Below are positions 14,547-23,905 of a DNA stretch of 64,000 nt, one piece after another. Each line of letters opens with the position of its first letter. Position 1 is the stretch's first letter. The notes below the pieces were generated by a model, which was not told the origin of the DNA, searched no databases, and was given only the letters and a program-made list of their open reading frames with translations. A program made the position numbers and the translations under genes. This DNA is from Fidelibacterota bacterium (lineage in GTDB: Bacteria > Fidelibacterota > UBA2242 > B5-G15), in NCBI GenBank assembly GCA_017656425.1, contig JACDNV010000002.1, positions 183,512-247,511 on the forward strand. The letters are read 5' to 3'.

Positions 14547-14846
14547 TTAGTTTTTCTTAATAACTCCGGGAACTTTAAAAAAGCTACCCTCTTTTTCTGG
14601 CGCATTTTGTAATACCTCTTTTATATCAAGCGATTTTTTTACCTTATCTTCGCGAAACACGTTTACAACATTTTGTACGTGGGATACCGGCTCAACGTTT
14701 GTAGTATCCAGTTCGTTTAATTGTTCCATGTAATCAAGAATTTTTGACAACTGTGTTGCATACAATTCGACTTCTTCTTCCGTTAGGGTAATTCTTGCTA
14801 GATCGGCTATTTTTTTTACCAATTCTTTATCTACTTTCTCAGACAT
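14547..14846 (-). CDS. gatC: Asp/Glu-tRNA(Asn/Gln) amidotransferase subunit C
   Basis: 99 aa, …VKKIADLARITLTEEEVE…LSKILDYMEQLNELDTTNVEP. Confidence 0.85.
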   Translation of the reverse strand: MSEKVDKELVKKIADLARITLTEEEVELYATQLSKILDYMEQLNELDTTNVEPVSHVQNVVNVFREDKVKKSLDIKEVLQNAPEKEGSFFKVPGVIKKN

Positions 14847-14924
14847 AATCTCCCCTGCTTTCAGTCAATTTTTGTGCCATTCAATTTAACTATTTTGCTT
14901 TTCTAAAACAAGAGAGCTTAATTA

Positions 14925-14940
14925 ATATATATATATATAT
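14925..14940. repeat. (AT)8 dinucleotide microsatellite in divergent gatC/metE promoter region
   Basis: Direct reading: atatatatatatatat. Confidence 0.9.
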
Positions 14941-15030
14941 AACTTCTATATCTGTTATTAGCAGATTTGGTGGTTTAATTAATTTTCATTATTTTACAAT
15001 GCCGGTCTGTTCACATGAAGGGGAAGGGAG

Positions 15031-17178
15031 ATGGATATAAAAGCCTATGCATATGGTTTACCAAGATTGGGAGAGAAAAGGGAGTATAAAAAATTAATAG
15101 AGGGATACTGGAAAGGGAAAATCGATGAGAAGTCTTTGCGGGAGGGAATTGAAAGTTTACAAAGATACATGATTGATAATTATAAAAAGTATGTGGATAT
15201 GTATCCCGTTGGTGAGATAACTTATTATGATAATATGCTCGATATGGCGATAATTGTTGGTTTGTATGATGTACAGAATTTACAGGATTATTATGACCTG
15301 TGTAGAGGGAAAAGAGCATTAAAGCTTACCAAATGGTTTGATACAAATTACCATTATCTCGCTCCTGATTTTTCAGGAAAAGATGTTAAAGAACTCGAAC
15401 TAAAATGGAATAAACCATCTTTTTATAAAAGTAAATTTCCAGATGGCATACCATACCTAATTGGGCCATATACTTTTTTAAAATTATCCAGAGGAGTAGA
15501 TAATAATTTTGAAGAACTTTTGAACAAAATTGGTGAAATCTATACAAAGATATGCTGTAATTTTGAAATTGTTCATATTGAAGAGCCTTCGTTTGTTACA
15601 GACATAAAAAAGTGCGAAATCAAAACCATAGAAGATTTATATAAAAAAATAGCAGAAAGTGGAGTGAAAATAAATCTTATAACATACTATGATAGTATAG
15701 ACTTTTTGAAGGATTTTTATGACTTACCTGTTAAATCGTTTGGAATTGATTTAATAAATGGTAAGGAAAATTTAATTACAATTGAAAAATACGGATTCCC
15801 TGATGATAAGATTTTGATAGCAGGAGTTGTCAATGGTAGAAATATATGGCGTACTGATTTAGAAAGAACATTGAGGTTAATTGAAGATATCTCAAAGCGG
15901 GTAAAAAATATATGGATTTCAAATGCTGGACCATTGTATCATTTACCGATTACGATAAAAAATGAAAATTTCCCAGAAAATATTAAAAAGTCATTGTCTT
16001 TTGCCAATGAGAGGCTTGAGGAATTAAAGGTTTTGAAGTTGTTGCTCAGTTCAGAGAAGGTAAATGAGGATATCATAAAAGATTATGAAAGAAAAAATTT
16101 GGAATATATTTATTTTGATGAAAGAAGCATGCCAAAGGTGGAAAAAAGAAAACATGTTCATTTAGATCTACCGCTTTTTCCAACAACCACCATAGGTAGT
16201 TTTCCTCAAACGAAAGAGGTTAGGGTAATAAGAAATAAATACAAAAATGGATTAATTACAGATATGGAATATAATAATTTTATAAAGCAAAAAATAGGAG
16301 AAGTAATAGAACTCCAGGAAAAGATTGGTCTTGATGTTCTTGTCCATGGGGAGTTCGAACGCAGTGATATGGTTGAGTATTTCGCAGAAAAACTGGATGG
16401 TTTCTTAACTACAAAAAATGGCTGGATAATATCATACGGGACAAGATGTTATAAACCTCCAATTAATTTTGGAAATATTAAACGAACAAAACCTCTTGCT
16501 TTGAACGAAATAGTCTATGCAAGAACCCTTACAGAGAAACCTGTAAAGGCTATTCTGACAGGACCTGTAACTATGATTGCCTGGAGTTATGTGAGAGATG
16601 ACGTGCGAATAGATGTTATAGCAAATCAAATTGCCCTGTGTATAAAGGAAGAAATTGAGGATTTGGTAAAGGAAGGGGTTAAGATAATACAAATAGACGA
16701 ACCTGCTTTTAGAGAAAAGGCACCTCTTAAGAAAAGAAAGTGGAGAAATTATTTTAGATGGGCGGTAAATGCTTTTAACATAGCATCATCTATTGACTCA
16801 GATATTCAGATTCATACTCATATGTGCTATTCCGATTTTGGAGAGATAATGGAATATATTCTGAAGATGAATTTTGATGTTATATCTGTAGAGGCAACTA
16901 GGAGTAGAGGAGAGATATTAGACAGCTTTGAAAAGGTGAATTTCGATAGAGAAATAGGGCTGGGAGTATGGGATGTACATTCTCCAAGAGTTCCGGAGAT
17001 TGATGAAATGTTTAGAGTTGTCGATAGAGCGTTAAAAGTTATCCCACCTGATAAGTTTTGGATAAATCCTGACTGCGGATTGAAAACAAGAGGTTGGGAT
17101 GAGGTAATAGCCTCATTAAATAATATGGTTAAAGTTGCAAATATATTAAGGGCCAGATTTCAAGATAGTAACAAATAG
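15031..17178 (+). CDS. metE: Cobalamin-independent methionine synthase
   Basis: N-terminal MetE pattern (GLPRLGEKREYKKLIEGYW), C-terminal Zn-site HTHMCYSDF, ~715 aa two-domain UroD-like architecture. Confidence 0.9.
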   Translation: MDIKAYAYGLPRLGEKREYKKLIEGYWKGKIDEKSLREGIESLQRYMIDNYKKYVDMYPVGEITYYDNMLDMAIIVGLYDVQNLQDYYDLCRGKRALKLTKWFDTNYHYLAPDFSGKDVKELELKWNKPSFYKSKFPDGIPYLIGPYTFLKLSRGVDNNFEELLNKIGEIYTKICCNFEIVHIEEPSFVTDIKKCEIKTIEDLYKKIAESGVKINLITYYDSIDFLKDFYDLPVKSFGIDLINGKENLITIEKYGFPDDKILIAGVVNGRNIWRTDLERTLRLIEDISKRVKNIWISNAGPLYHLPITIKNENFPENIKKSLSFANERLEELKVLKLLLSSEKVNEDIIKDYERKNLEYIYFDERSMPKVEKRKHVHLDLPLFPTTTIGSFPQTKEVRVIRNKYKNGLITDMEYNNFIKQKIGEVIELQEKIGLDVLVHGEFERSDMVEYFAEKLDGFLTTKNGWIISYGTRCYKPPINFGNIKRTKPLALNEIVYARTLTEKPVKAILTGPVTMIAWSYVRDDVRIDVIANQIALCIKEEIEDLVKEGVKIIQIDEPAFREKAPLKKRKWRNYFRWAVNAFNIASSIDSDIQIHTHMCYSDFGEIMEYILKMNFDVISVEATRSRGEILDSFEKVNFDREIGLGVWDVHSPRVPEIDEMFRVVDRALKVIPPDKFWINPDCGLKTRGWDEVIASLNNMVKVANILRARFQDSNK

Positions 17179-17266
17179 CTTATTTACTAATATGTTATAT
17201 TGAAAAATCAGTGTCCAACAGTTTCAATTTTAGCCCTTAATTACCTTGTGATTAGAATTAGTTCAA

Positions 17267-17922
17267 CTATAGTTTTTTATGGCAGAACCACCAGTCGTAG
17301 CAGGTATATTTTTCTTTTCTCTTCTGGGCAGATTCCACATCAGATGCCGGCGGTATGATTACCTCGTCTTTAACAAGTTCATTTTCAGGCCAGTTGGCAG
17401 GTATTGCTACTTTATTTGCGTCGGCAACCTGAAATCCTTTGATCATACGTAAGATTTCATCGATATTTCTTCCCAGTTCCTGTGGGTAGTAGAGTATCGC
17501 TCTTATTTTCCCTCGGGATCTACCACAAATACAACCCTGACAGTGTTAGTGCCTTTACCAGGATGAATCAATCCCAATTTTTTACTTATCTCACCGGTAT
17601 CATCGGCTATTACAGAGAATTGAGTTTCAACTTCCAGATTGTCTTTTATCCACTCAACCCATTTAATGTGAGAAAAAACCTGGTCAATGCTTAGCCCTAT
17701 AAGTTCACAGTTTAACTCCTTAAATTTTTCGTATCTTTCCTGGAAAGCGAAAAATTCTGTGGTGCAAACTGGCGTAAAATCTGCAGGATGACTGAAAAAT
17801 ACAAACCATTTTCCTCTAAAATGTTCAGGAAGATTAAAAGTTCCTAAGGTAGTTTTTACTTTCAATTCAGGGAATTTTTCTCCGATTAATGGAAACTTGT
17901 TTTCATTCATTTTGTTCTCCAT
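17267..17922 (-). pseudogene. 1-Cys (Prx6-type) peroxiredoxin, disrupted by a 1-nt deletion (homopolymer)
   Basis: ORF 17503..17922 has PVCTTE peroxidatic Cys motif and stops at …VVDPEGK*; my translation of the -1 frame downstream gives [26 protein letters not shown]…[11 protein letters not shown], the conserved Prx C-terminus; frames rejoin if one A is added to the AAAA run at 17506-17509. Confidence 0.7.
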
Positions 17923-18074
17923 ATCTTTCTATTGTTAAAATTCATAATTATTTAGATAGATACATATGTGAAATGGTTACAATAATGTAATTGTTATACT
18001 TATTAATTATATAATACATTATGTGGTATAAATATTTGTAGATGCAACTAAATAAAGTATTGATTTATTTTATA

Positions 18075-18090
18075 CTATTTTATAAAATAG
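18075..18090. promoter_or_regulatory. 16-bp perfect palindrome ctattttataaaatag upstream of nrdDG
   Basis: Direct reading; ~80 bp upstream of nrdD start; AT-rich so chance occurrence possible. Confidence 0.25.
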
Positions 18091-18167
18091 ATTGTTAGTT
18101 CTAAAAACATTTTATACGTTGTATTTTATTATTAATTATTTAATTTTAATTCTAAATTTTCCTCTGA

Positions 18168-20276
18168 ATGGGAGGCGTAATAATGTTTGATAAAATAAAA
18201 AAGCGAGATGGAAGGTTAGTTAAGTTTGATGCTGAAAGAATAACAAATGCTATAGCCAAGGCTGGTAAAGCGACAGGGGAGTTTGATCGCCAGACTGCTG
18301 AAAAGTTAGCCATTAGAGTATTAAATCTCGCTCAGCAAATTATAAAAGATGAAATTCCAACGGTCGAACAGATCCAGGATATTGTCGAGGATGTCTTACT
18401 AACTTCACCTTACAAAAAAACGGCAAAAGCTTACATAATATATCGAGAGCAGCACGCTCGGATAAGAGAAATTATAGCCAAAAGTGGGGTCGATCTGGTT
18501 GATCAATATCTGGAAAAAATAGACTGGCAGGTGAATGAAAACAGTAATATGAGTTTTTCTCTCCAAGGGCTCAATAACTATATTTCTTCTGAGATAAGTA
18601 AAACATATTGGCTTAATAAAATTTATCCGCAAGAGATAAGGAAAGCTCACATCGATGGTGATTTTCATATACATGATCTTGGAATACTTTCTGTATATTG
18701 TGTGGGTTGGGATCTATATGATTTGTTACTTGAAGGGTTTAGGGGTGCCCCTGGTAAGGTTGAAAGTAAACCCGCTAAACATTTTAGATCGGCTCTTGGA
18801 CAAATTGTAAACTTTTTCTATACACTTCAGGGTGAGGCTGCGGGAGCCCAGGCGTTTGCAAATTTTGATACATTACTTGCCCCCTTTATTCGATATGATA
18901 ACCTCAAATTCAGGGATGTAAAGCAGGCAATTCAGGAATTTGTATTTAATGTGAATGTGCCAACTCGCGTTGGTTTCCAGACCCCTTTTACCAATATTAC
19001 ACTCGATCTAACTGTTCCTTCAAATCTAAAAAACACCCCTGTTGTTATTGGTGGAGAGTTAAAGGATGAGACCTATTCAGAATTTCAGGAAGAAATGAAT
19101 TTATTTAATAAAGCTTTTTTTGAAGTTATGATGGAAGGAGATGCTAAGGGACGTGTCTTTACCTTTCCAATTCCAACATACAACATAACAAAAGACTTCG
19201 ATTGGAATAATGAGAATTTAAATGGATTATGGGAGATGACTGCTAAGTATGGCATACCCTATTTTGCTAATTTTATAAATTCAGATATGAATCCTGAGGA
19301 TGCCAGATCAATGTGCTGCAGACTACGCCTTGATACAAGAGTTTTGTATAAAAGGGGTGGTGGACTTTTTGGTGCTAATCCTCTAACAGGAAGTATTGGT
19401 GTGGTGACAATTAATATGCCAAGAATCGGGTATCTTGCGAAAAATGAAGAAGATTTCTTTAATAGACTTGAGAGATTAATGGAGCTTGCAAAAGAAAGTC
19501 TTGAGATCAAGAGAAAGGTACTGGAAAGGTTTACAGCACAAAATCTCTATCCATATGCGAAATATTATCTCAGGAATGTGAAGGAGAGATTTGGTGAATA
19601 CTGGAAAAACCATTTTTCTACAATAGGATTGGTTGGGATGAACGAAGCTCTGCTGAATTTTTTAAAACAGAATATAACAAGTAAAGAGGGAATAGAGCTA
19701 ACAATTAGAGTTCTTGACTTTATGAGGAAGAAGCTACTTGAATTTCAGGAGGAGACTGGCAACAACTACAATCTAGAAGCTACGCCTGCTGAGGGTGCTT
19801 CATATAGGTTAGCAAGAATAGATAAGGATAAATATCCTTTAATTATTTGTGCAAATGAGGAATACTATAAGCATGGAGCCGAGCCATTTTATACAAACTC
19901 TACATCACTACCAGTAAACTGTACCGATGACATATTTGAGGCACTTGAACTGCAAAATGAAATACAGACAAAGTATACAGGTGGAACGGTACTACATATT
20001 TATCTTGGTGAGAAAGTAGACAATCATGAGGCTATAAAATTACTTACTAAGAAGATATGTGAAAACTATAAATTGCCATATTTTACCTTTACCCCAACTT
20101 TCAGTGTGTGTGAAGAGCATGGATATATTGCAGGTGAGCATGAAAGGTGTCCAAGGTGTGGTAATGAATGTGAAGTTTACTCTCGAGTCGTGGGGTATTT
20201 AAGACCTACGAATCAATGGAATAAAGGAAAGAGAGAAGAGTTTAAACTCAGAAAATCTTTTAAAGTAAAACAGTGA
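18168..20276 (+). CDS. nrdD: Anaerobic ribonucleoside-triphosphate reductase (class III)
   Basis: N-terminal ATP-cone (MFDKIKKRDGRLVKFD), C-terminal Zn-ribbon CPRCG and glycyl-radical motif RVVGYLRP. Confidence 0.9.
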   Translation: MGGVIMFDKIKKRDGRLVKFDAERITNAIAKAGKATGEFDRQTAEKLAIRVLNLAQQIIKDEIPTVEQIQDIVEDVLLTSPYKKTAKAYIIYREQHARIREIIAKSGVDLVDQYLEKIDWQVNENSNMSFSLQGLNNYISSEISKTYWLNKIYPQEIRKAHIDGDFHIHDLGILSVYCVGWDLYDLLLEGFRGAPGKVESKPAKHFRSALGQIVNFFYTLQGEAAGAQAFANFDTLLAPFIRYDNLKFRDVKQAIQEFVFNVNVPTRVGFQTPFTNITLDLTVPSNLKNTPVVIGGELKDETYSEFQEEMNLFNKAFFEVMMEGDAKGRVFTFPIPTYNITKDFDWNNENLNGLWEMTAKYGIPYFANFINSDMNPEDARSMCCRLRLDTRVLYKRGGGLFGANPLTGSIGVVTINMPRIGYLAKNEEDFFNRLERLMELAKESLEIKRKVLERFTAQNLYPYAKYYLRNVKERFGEYWKNHFSTIGLVGMNEALLNFLKQNITSKEGIELTIRVLDFMRKKLLEFQEETGNNYNLEATPAEGASYRLARIDKDKYPLIICANEEYYKHGAEPFYTNSTSLPVNCTDDIFEALELQNEIQTKYTGGTVLHIYLGEKVDNHEAIKLLTKKICENYKLPYFTFTPTFSVCEEHGYIAGEHERCPRCGNECEVYSRVVGYLRPTNQWNKGKREEFKLRKSFKVKQ

Positions 20277-20962
20277 AAATTGGCGGTTTCCAGAAGTTTT
20301 CTCTTATTGACTATCCAGGTTTGGTAAGTGCGATTATATTTACCTACGGTTGTAATTTTAGATGTTCATATTGTCAGAATCCAGAACTAATTAATGAAAG
20401 TTTTCAAGATTTTATTAGTGAGGATGAAATTTTTGATTTTTTGAAGAAAAGGAAAAGTAAGATCGATGGGGTGGTCATTACCGGTGGAGAACCTCTAATA
20501 CAAAATGATCTGCCAAATTTTATATATAAAATAAAATTATTGGATTACAAAGTAAAAATTGATACAAATGGGAGTATACCCCATGTTATTAAGGATTTAA
20601 TTAGTAAACGTTTAATAGACTATATTGCAATGGATGTGAAGGCTCCATTTGATAAATACAATTTCGTCATAAATGTAAAAACAGATTACACGCAGATGAT
20701 AAAAGAAAGTATAAAGTTAATTATGAATTCTGGCTTGCCCTATGAATTTAGAACAACATATATAAAGCAATTTCTTTCATATGAAGATGTAATCAGAATT
20801 GCAAAAAGTATATCCGGAGCAGATTTGTTTGTAATACAAAAATTGCAAATAAGAAAGGTTTATATGCCTGATTTAATTGTTCCGTCAGTTTATGAAGAGG
20901 ATGAATTAAAGAATTTGAAAAATCAAGTTCTAAAATATGTTAAAAGGTGTTTAATTCGCTAA
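20273..20962 (+). CDS. nrdG: Anaerobic RNR activating protein (radical SAM)
   Basis: CNFRCSYCQN radical-SAM cluster motif; 4-nt overlap with nrdD. Confidence 0.85.
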   Translation: MKIGGFQKFSLIDYPGLVSAIIFTYGCNFRCSYCQNPELINESFQDFISEDEIFDFLKKRKSKIDGVVITGGEPLIQNDLPNFIYKIKLLDYKVKIDTNGSIPHVIKDLISKRLIDYIAMDVKAPFDKYNFVINVKTDYTQMIKESIKLIMNSGLPYEFRTTYIKQFLSYEDVIRIAKSISGADLFVIQKLQIRKVYMPDLIVPSVYEEDELKNLKNQVLKYVKRCLIR

Positions 20963-21102
20963 TTCAAATGGGATATAGGTTAAAATGTAGTTTTTTATTT
21001 TACTAATTTTCATTATTATAATTGAGTAATTTTATTGTTTCCTGTTATTATATCTTATAAAAAATTATTTCAATATTCTGTGCAAATTATTAATCTTTAG
21101 CG

Positions 21103-21993
21103 ATGAGGAAAATTAAGATAAAGTTTAGTGATGAGTCTATCAAGTTCTTACTGAAATCTCAACGGCAGGAGTTAACTCAACACTATATTTATAAACGATT
21201 TATTCCAAGGATAGATGATTTTTATAATCAACGTCTTTTAGAAATGATTGCTAATGATGAGTTGACTCATCATAATTATTTAAAAAGGCTTACAGCAAGG
21301 GATGTAAAACCGAATATTTTCAAAATCATCTGGTATATTTTTATGTCCTATGTTTTTGGTATTTCGTTTATTCTAAAACTGATGGAAAGAAAAGAAATGT
21401 ACGGGAGAATAAGATATAAAAAGTTCCGGTACAAAGTAGATGAGGTAGGCCGAATAATAAAAGATGAGTACTGGCACGAGATAAAGTTACTTGATATTCT
21501 TAACGAAGCAAAAATCAGATTCCTAAGTTCAATCTTAACTATATTAAATGATGCAATGGCGGGAATAACAGCTATTTTACTGGGATTAACCATGGTTTTG
21601 ATGGATAGTAGACTAATTGCAGCTGTTTTTCTTTCAATCGGGTTTGCGGTTGCTATATCAATGATTTCATCTGATATGTTGAAAAGAAAGAAAGAAAGAT
21701 TTGAGAAAAAGACTTCCTTAAAGATGATTTTATTAAAGGGTATTTTTTATATAATTACTATTGCATTTTTGATTATTCCATTTTTGATAATTAAAAATCC
21801 ACTTATTGCTCTAGCTGTTGCCGTTCTTCTTATCGTTTTTGTAATTGATGTTTTCAATTTCTATATCTCAGTTGTTGAAAATAAAAATTTTAAACGACAG
21901 TTTACAGAAACAATCTTGTTAAACTTGTCCGTAGGTACTATTAGTTTGGTGATCGGGTTTGTAATCAGAAGAATTTTTAGTATAAATGTTTAA
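21103..21993 (+). CDS. Ferritin-like (ExxH x2) domain fused to VIT1/CCC1-like 5-TM iron/manganese transporter domain
   Basis: N-terminal ExxH motifs (DELTHH, DEYWHE) flanking a hydrophobic helix; C-terminal VIT1-like motifs (ILNDAMAGITAIL ~ G.NDGlvS; AISMISSDML ~ aiSMalGEYvS) but very short TM2-TM3 loop. Confidence 0.45.
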   Translation: MRKIKIKFSDESIKFLLKSQRQELTQHYIYKRFIPRIDDFYNQRLLEMIANDELTHHNYLKRLTARDVKPNIFKIIWYIFMSYVFGISFILKLMERKEMYGRIRYKKFRYKVDEVGRIIKDEYWHEIKLLDILNEAKIRFLSSILTILNDAMAGITAILLGLTMVLMDSRLIAAVFLSIGFAVAISMISSDMLKRKKERFEKKTSLKMILLKGIFYIITIAFLIIPFLIIKNPLIALAVAVLLIVFVIDVFNFYISVVENKNFKRQFTETILLNLSVGTISLVIGFVIRRIFSINV

Positions 21994-22119
21994 TTTATTT
22001 CCTTTCCAACTCGATAAATATAAAATTGCCCGATAGTTGTAACCATAATATAACAATTAATATCAAAAAGTTGAGATTTTTGGTGTTCAAATAAATGTAA
22101 AAAAAACGGAGGTACGGAG

Positions 22120-22764
22120 ATGTTTTTAAGAGAAGATGATAAGGAATTCGTAAAGGGCAAACTTAGTCAAATGGATTCCAGGGTAAAAATAGTATATTTT
22201 ACACAGGAACTCGAATGCCAGTTTTGCAAGGAGACTAGACAACTTTTGGAGGAGATAGTTGAACTCTCGGATAAGCTTGACCTTGAAGTATTCAATTTCC
22301 AGATTGATAAGGATAAAGCTCAGAGGTATGGTATTGACAAAATTCCGGCAATCGCAATGGTAAAAGAGGATGGTATGGATTATGGCATTCGGTTTTATGG
22401 AATCCCAAGCGGTTATGAGTTCATGTCTCTGCTTGAAGATATTATTGATGTTTCAAATGGTGAGCATAGTTTCAATAAAGAACAGCTTGAAGAGATCACG
22501 TCAATTACAAAACCAGTTCATATTCAGGTGTTTGTCACACCGACCTGCCCCTACTGTCCATCTGCAGTAAGAATTGCCCACAGACTCGCTATAGCAAGTG
22601 ATGAAATTAAAGCAGATATGGTTGAGGTTACTGAATTTCCGTACTTGGCTACAAAGTATAATGTCAGAGGTGTGCCTAAATCAATTATAAATGAATCGGT
22701 ATCGATCGAAGGTGCAGTTCCTGAGAGTGTATTTATTTCAAAAGTAAAAGAAGCTGTTTCATGA
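22120..22764 (+). CDS. Protein-disulfide oxidoreductase-like (two thioredoxin-fold units, CQFC and CPYC)
   Basis: Two CXXC motifs ~110 aa apart, glutaredoxin-like/PfPDO architecture. Confidence 0.6.
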   Translation: MFLREDDKEFVKGKLSQMDSRVKIVYFTQELECQFCKETRQLLEEIVELSDKLDLEVFNFQIDKDKAQRYGIDKIPAIAMVKEDGMDYGIRFYGIPSGYEFMSLLEDIIDVSNGEHSFNKEQLEEITSITKPVHIQVFVTPTCPYCPSAVRIAHRLAIASDEIKADMVEVTEFPYLATKYNVRGVPKSIINESVSIEGAVPESVFISKVKEAVS

Positions 22765-22779
22765 TCTTATTTTTTGATG

Positions 22780-22812
22780 GGGGAGATAGAATATTCTCCC
22801 CTTTTTGTTTTT
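22780..22812 (+). terminator. Rho-independent terminator after the PDO-like gene
   Basis: Stem ggggaga/tctcccc (7 bp) with 8-nt loop followed by tttttgtttttt, 15 bp after the stop codon. Confidence 0.6.
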
Positions 22813-22835
22813 TCACATCCGTAGTAAGTTAGTGA

Positions 22836-23456
22836 ATGTTTCCCTTTTATTGCTTAATTTTTTATATGGTTGATATATCCAAGGAAAAACCACTTGTAGA
22901 AAAGGCGAAGGAAGGGAATAGGGCAGCTTTCGCAGAGCTCGTTAGACTTTATGGCGATAGAATTTATAGGCTAGCTTTAAGAATTACAGCTAATGAAAAG
23001 GATGCAGAAGATGTGTATCAGGATACTTTTTTGATGGCTTTTAAAAAAATTGACCAGTTCAAGAGAGATTCGTCCTTTTTCACATGGATTTATAGGATTG
23101 CGATTAATATGGCTTTTACGAAAATTAAACAGAGAAAGAAAAATTTTTATGAGGAGAGTCTGAATGAACCTGATTTTGATAGGATTGAGCTTAAGGAAAC
23201 CGATTCATGGCAGGAAGTGGATATTTCAAAGCTTGATAGCGATAAATTTAAAAGGAAGTTAAATGAAACTCTTGAGAAATTACCGGAATTTTATAGAACA
23301 GTTTTTATATTGCGAGATTTACACGGATTATCTACGGAGCAGACAGCCAATATCCTCGGTATTACACCTTCAAATACCAAGGTGAGATTAATGAGGGCAA
23401 GGAGAATGTTGAAAAATGAATTGGAAGATTTTCTTAAGAAAGAAGGTATTATATGA
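22836..23456 (+). CDS. ECF-family RNA polymerase sigma factor (sigma-70 regions 2 and 4)
   Basis: Region 2 (…YGDRIYRLALRITANEKDAEDVYQDTFLMAFKKI…) and region 4 HTH (…LSTEQTANILGITPSNTKVRLMRAR…); true start may be the Met at 22866. Confidence 0.8.
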   Translation: MFPFYCLIFYMVDISKEKPLVEKAKEGNRAAFAELVRLYGDRIYRLALRITANEKDAEDVYQDTFLMAFKKIDQFKRDSSFFTWIYRIAINMAFTKIKQRKKNFYEESLNEPDFDRIELKETDSWQEVDISKLDSDKFKRKLNETLEKLPEFYRTVFILRDLHGLSTEQTANILGITPSNTKVRLMRARRMLKNELEDFLKKEGII

Positions 23457-23716
23457 AAAAAGAAAATCGCAATTATATGTTCAAAGATATATGTAAGTAT
23501 CTTGGTGAAGATTTGGATTCTCTGCCCTGTAAATCTATAAAAAGGCATCTGGAAAAGTGTAAAAATTGTGAAATTTTTGTTGATAAGCTTAAGAAAATTG
23601 TAACTATTTATAAAAAGCTAGATGAGGAGATAAAGGTTCCTGAAAAAGCCAAAAGGGAGCTTTTTGCTAAAATAAATTTTAATCCAGAAGATTTTGAAAA
23701 GAATAATTTGTCCTAA
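23453..23716 (+). CDS. Cytoplasmic zinc-binding anti-sigma factor (ZAS, HX3CX2C), RsrA/ChrR-like
   Basis: 87 aa, no TM segment, C…C…HLEKCKNCE motif; 4-nt overlap with the ECF sigma gene. Confidence 0.6.
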   Translation: MKKENRNYMFKDICKYLGEDLDSLPCKSIKRHLEKCKNCEIFVDKLKKIVTIYKKLDEEIKVPEKAKRELFAKINFNPEDFEKNNLS

Positions 23717-23905
23717 TGACACAATTGAAAGTATCATCACGTTCTATCCTTAACTTATAGGAGTCTTTGAAAAATTAAAAATAGCATGTGTAGTTTGTAG
23801 TGAGCCAGTATTTATAGGGTATGCTAAAGAGAGATAGTATCTAAAATCGGATATATTTTCGAATAGATATTAGGTATTTTGAGTGATTCGATTAGGAGGT
23901 AAAAA

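Noticed and set aside
14881-15030. Possible SAM (S-box) riboswitch before metE
   Set aside because: Only a short caagagag-like stretch resembles the S-box 5' end; the conserved ggagggactggcccgatgaa core and terminator/antiterminator are absent and the leader is too short
15011-15319. 102-aa minus-strand ORF overlapping the metE 5' end
   Set aside because: Antisense to a confidently identified metE N-terminus; His/Tyr/Asn-rich translation with no domain signal
21472-21477. Sigma-54 -24-like TGGCAC hexamer
   Set aside because: Inside the ferritin-VIT1 coding sequence and not followed by TTGC at the -12 spacing
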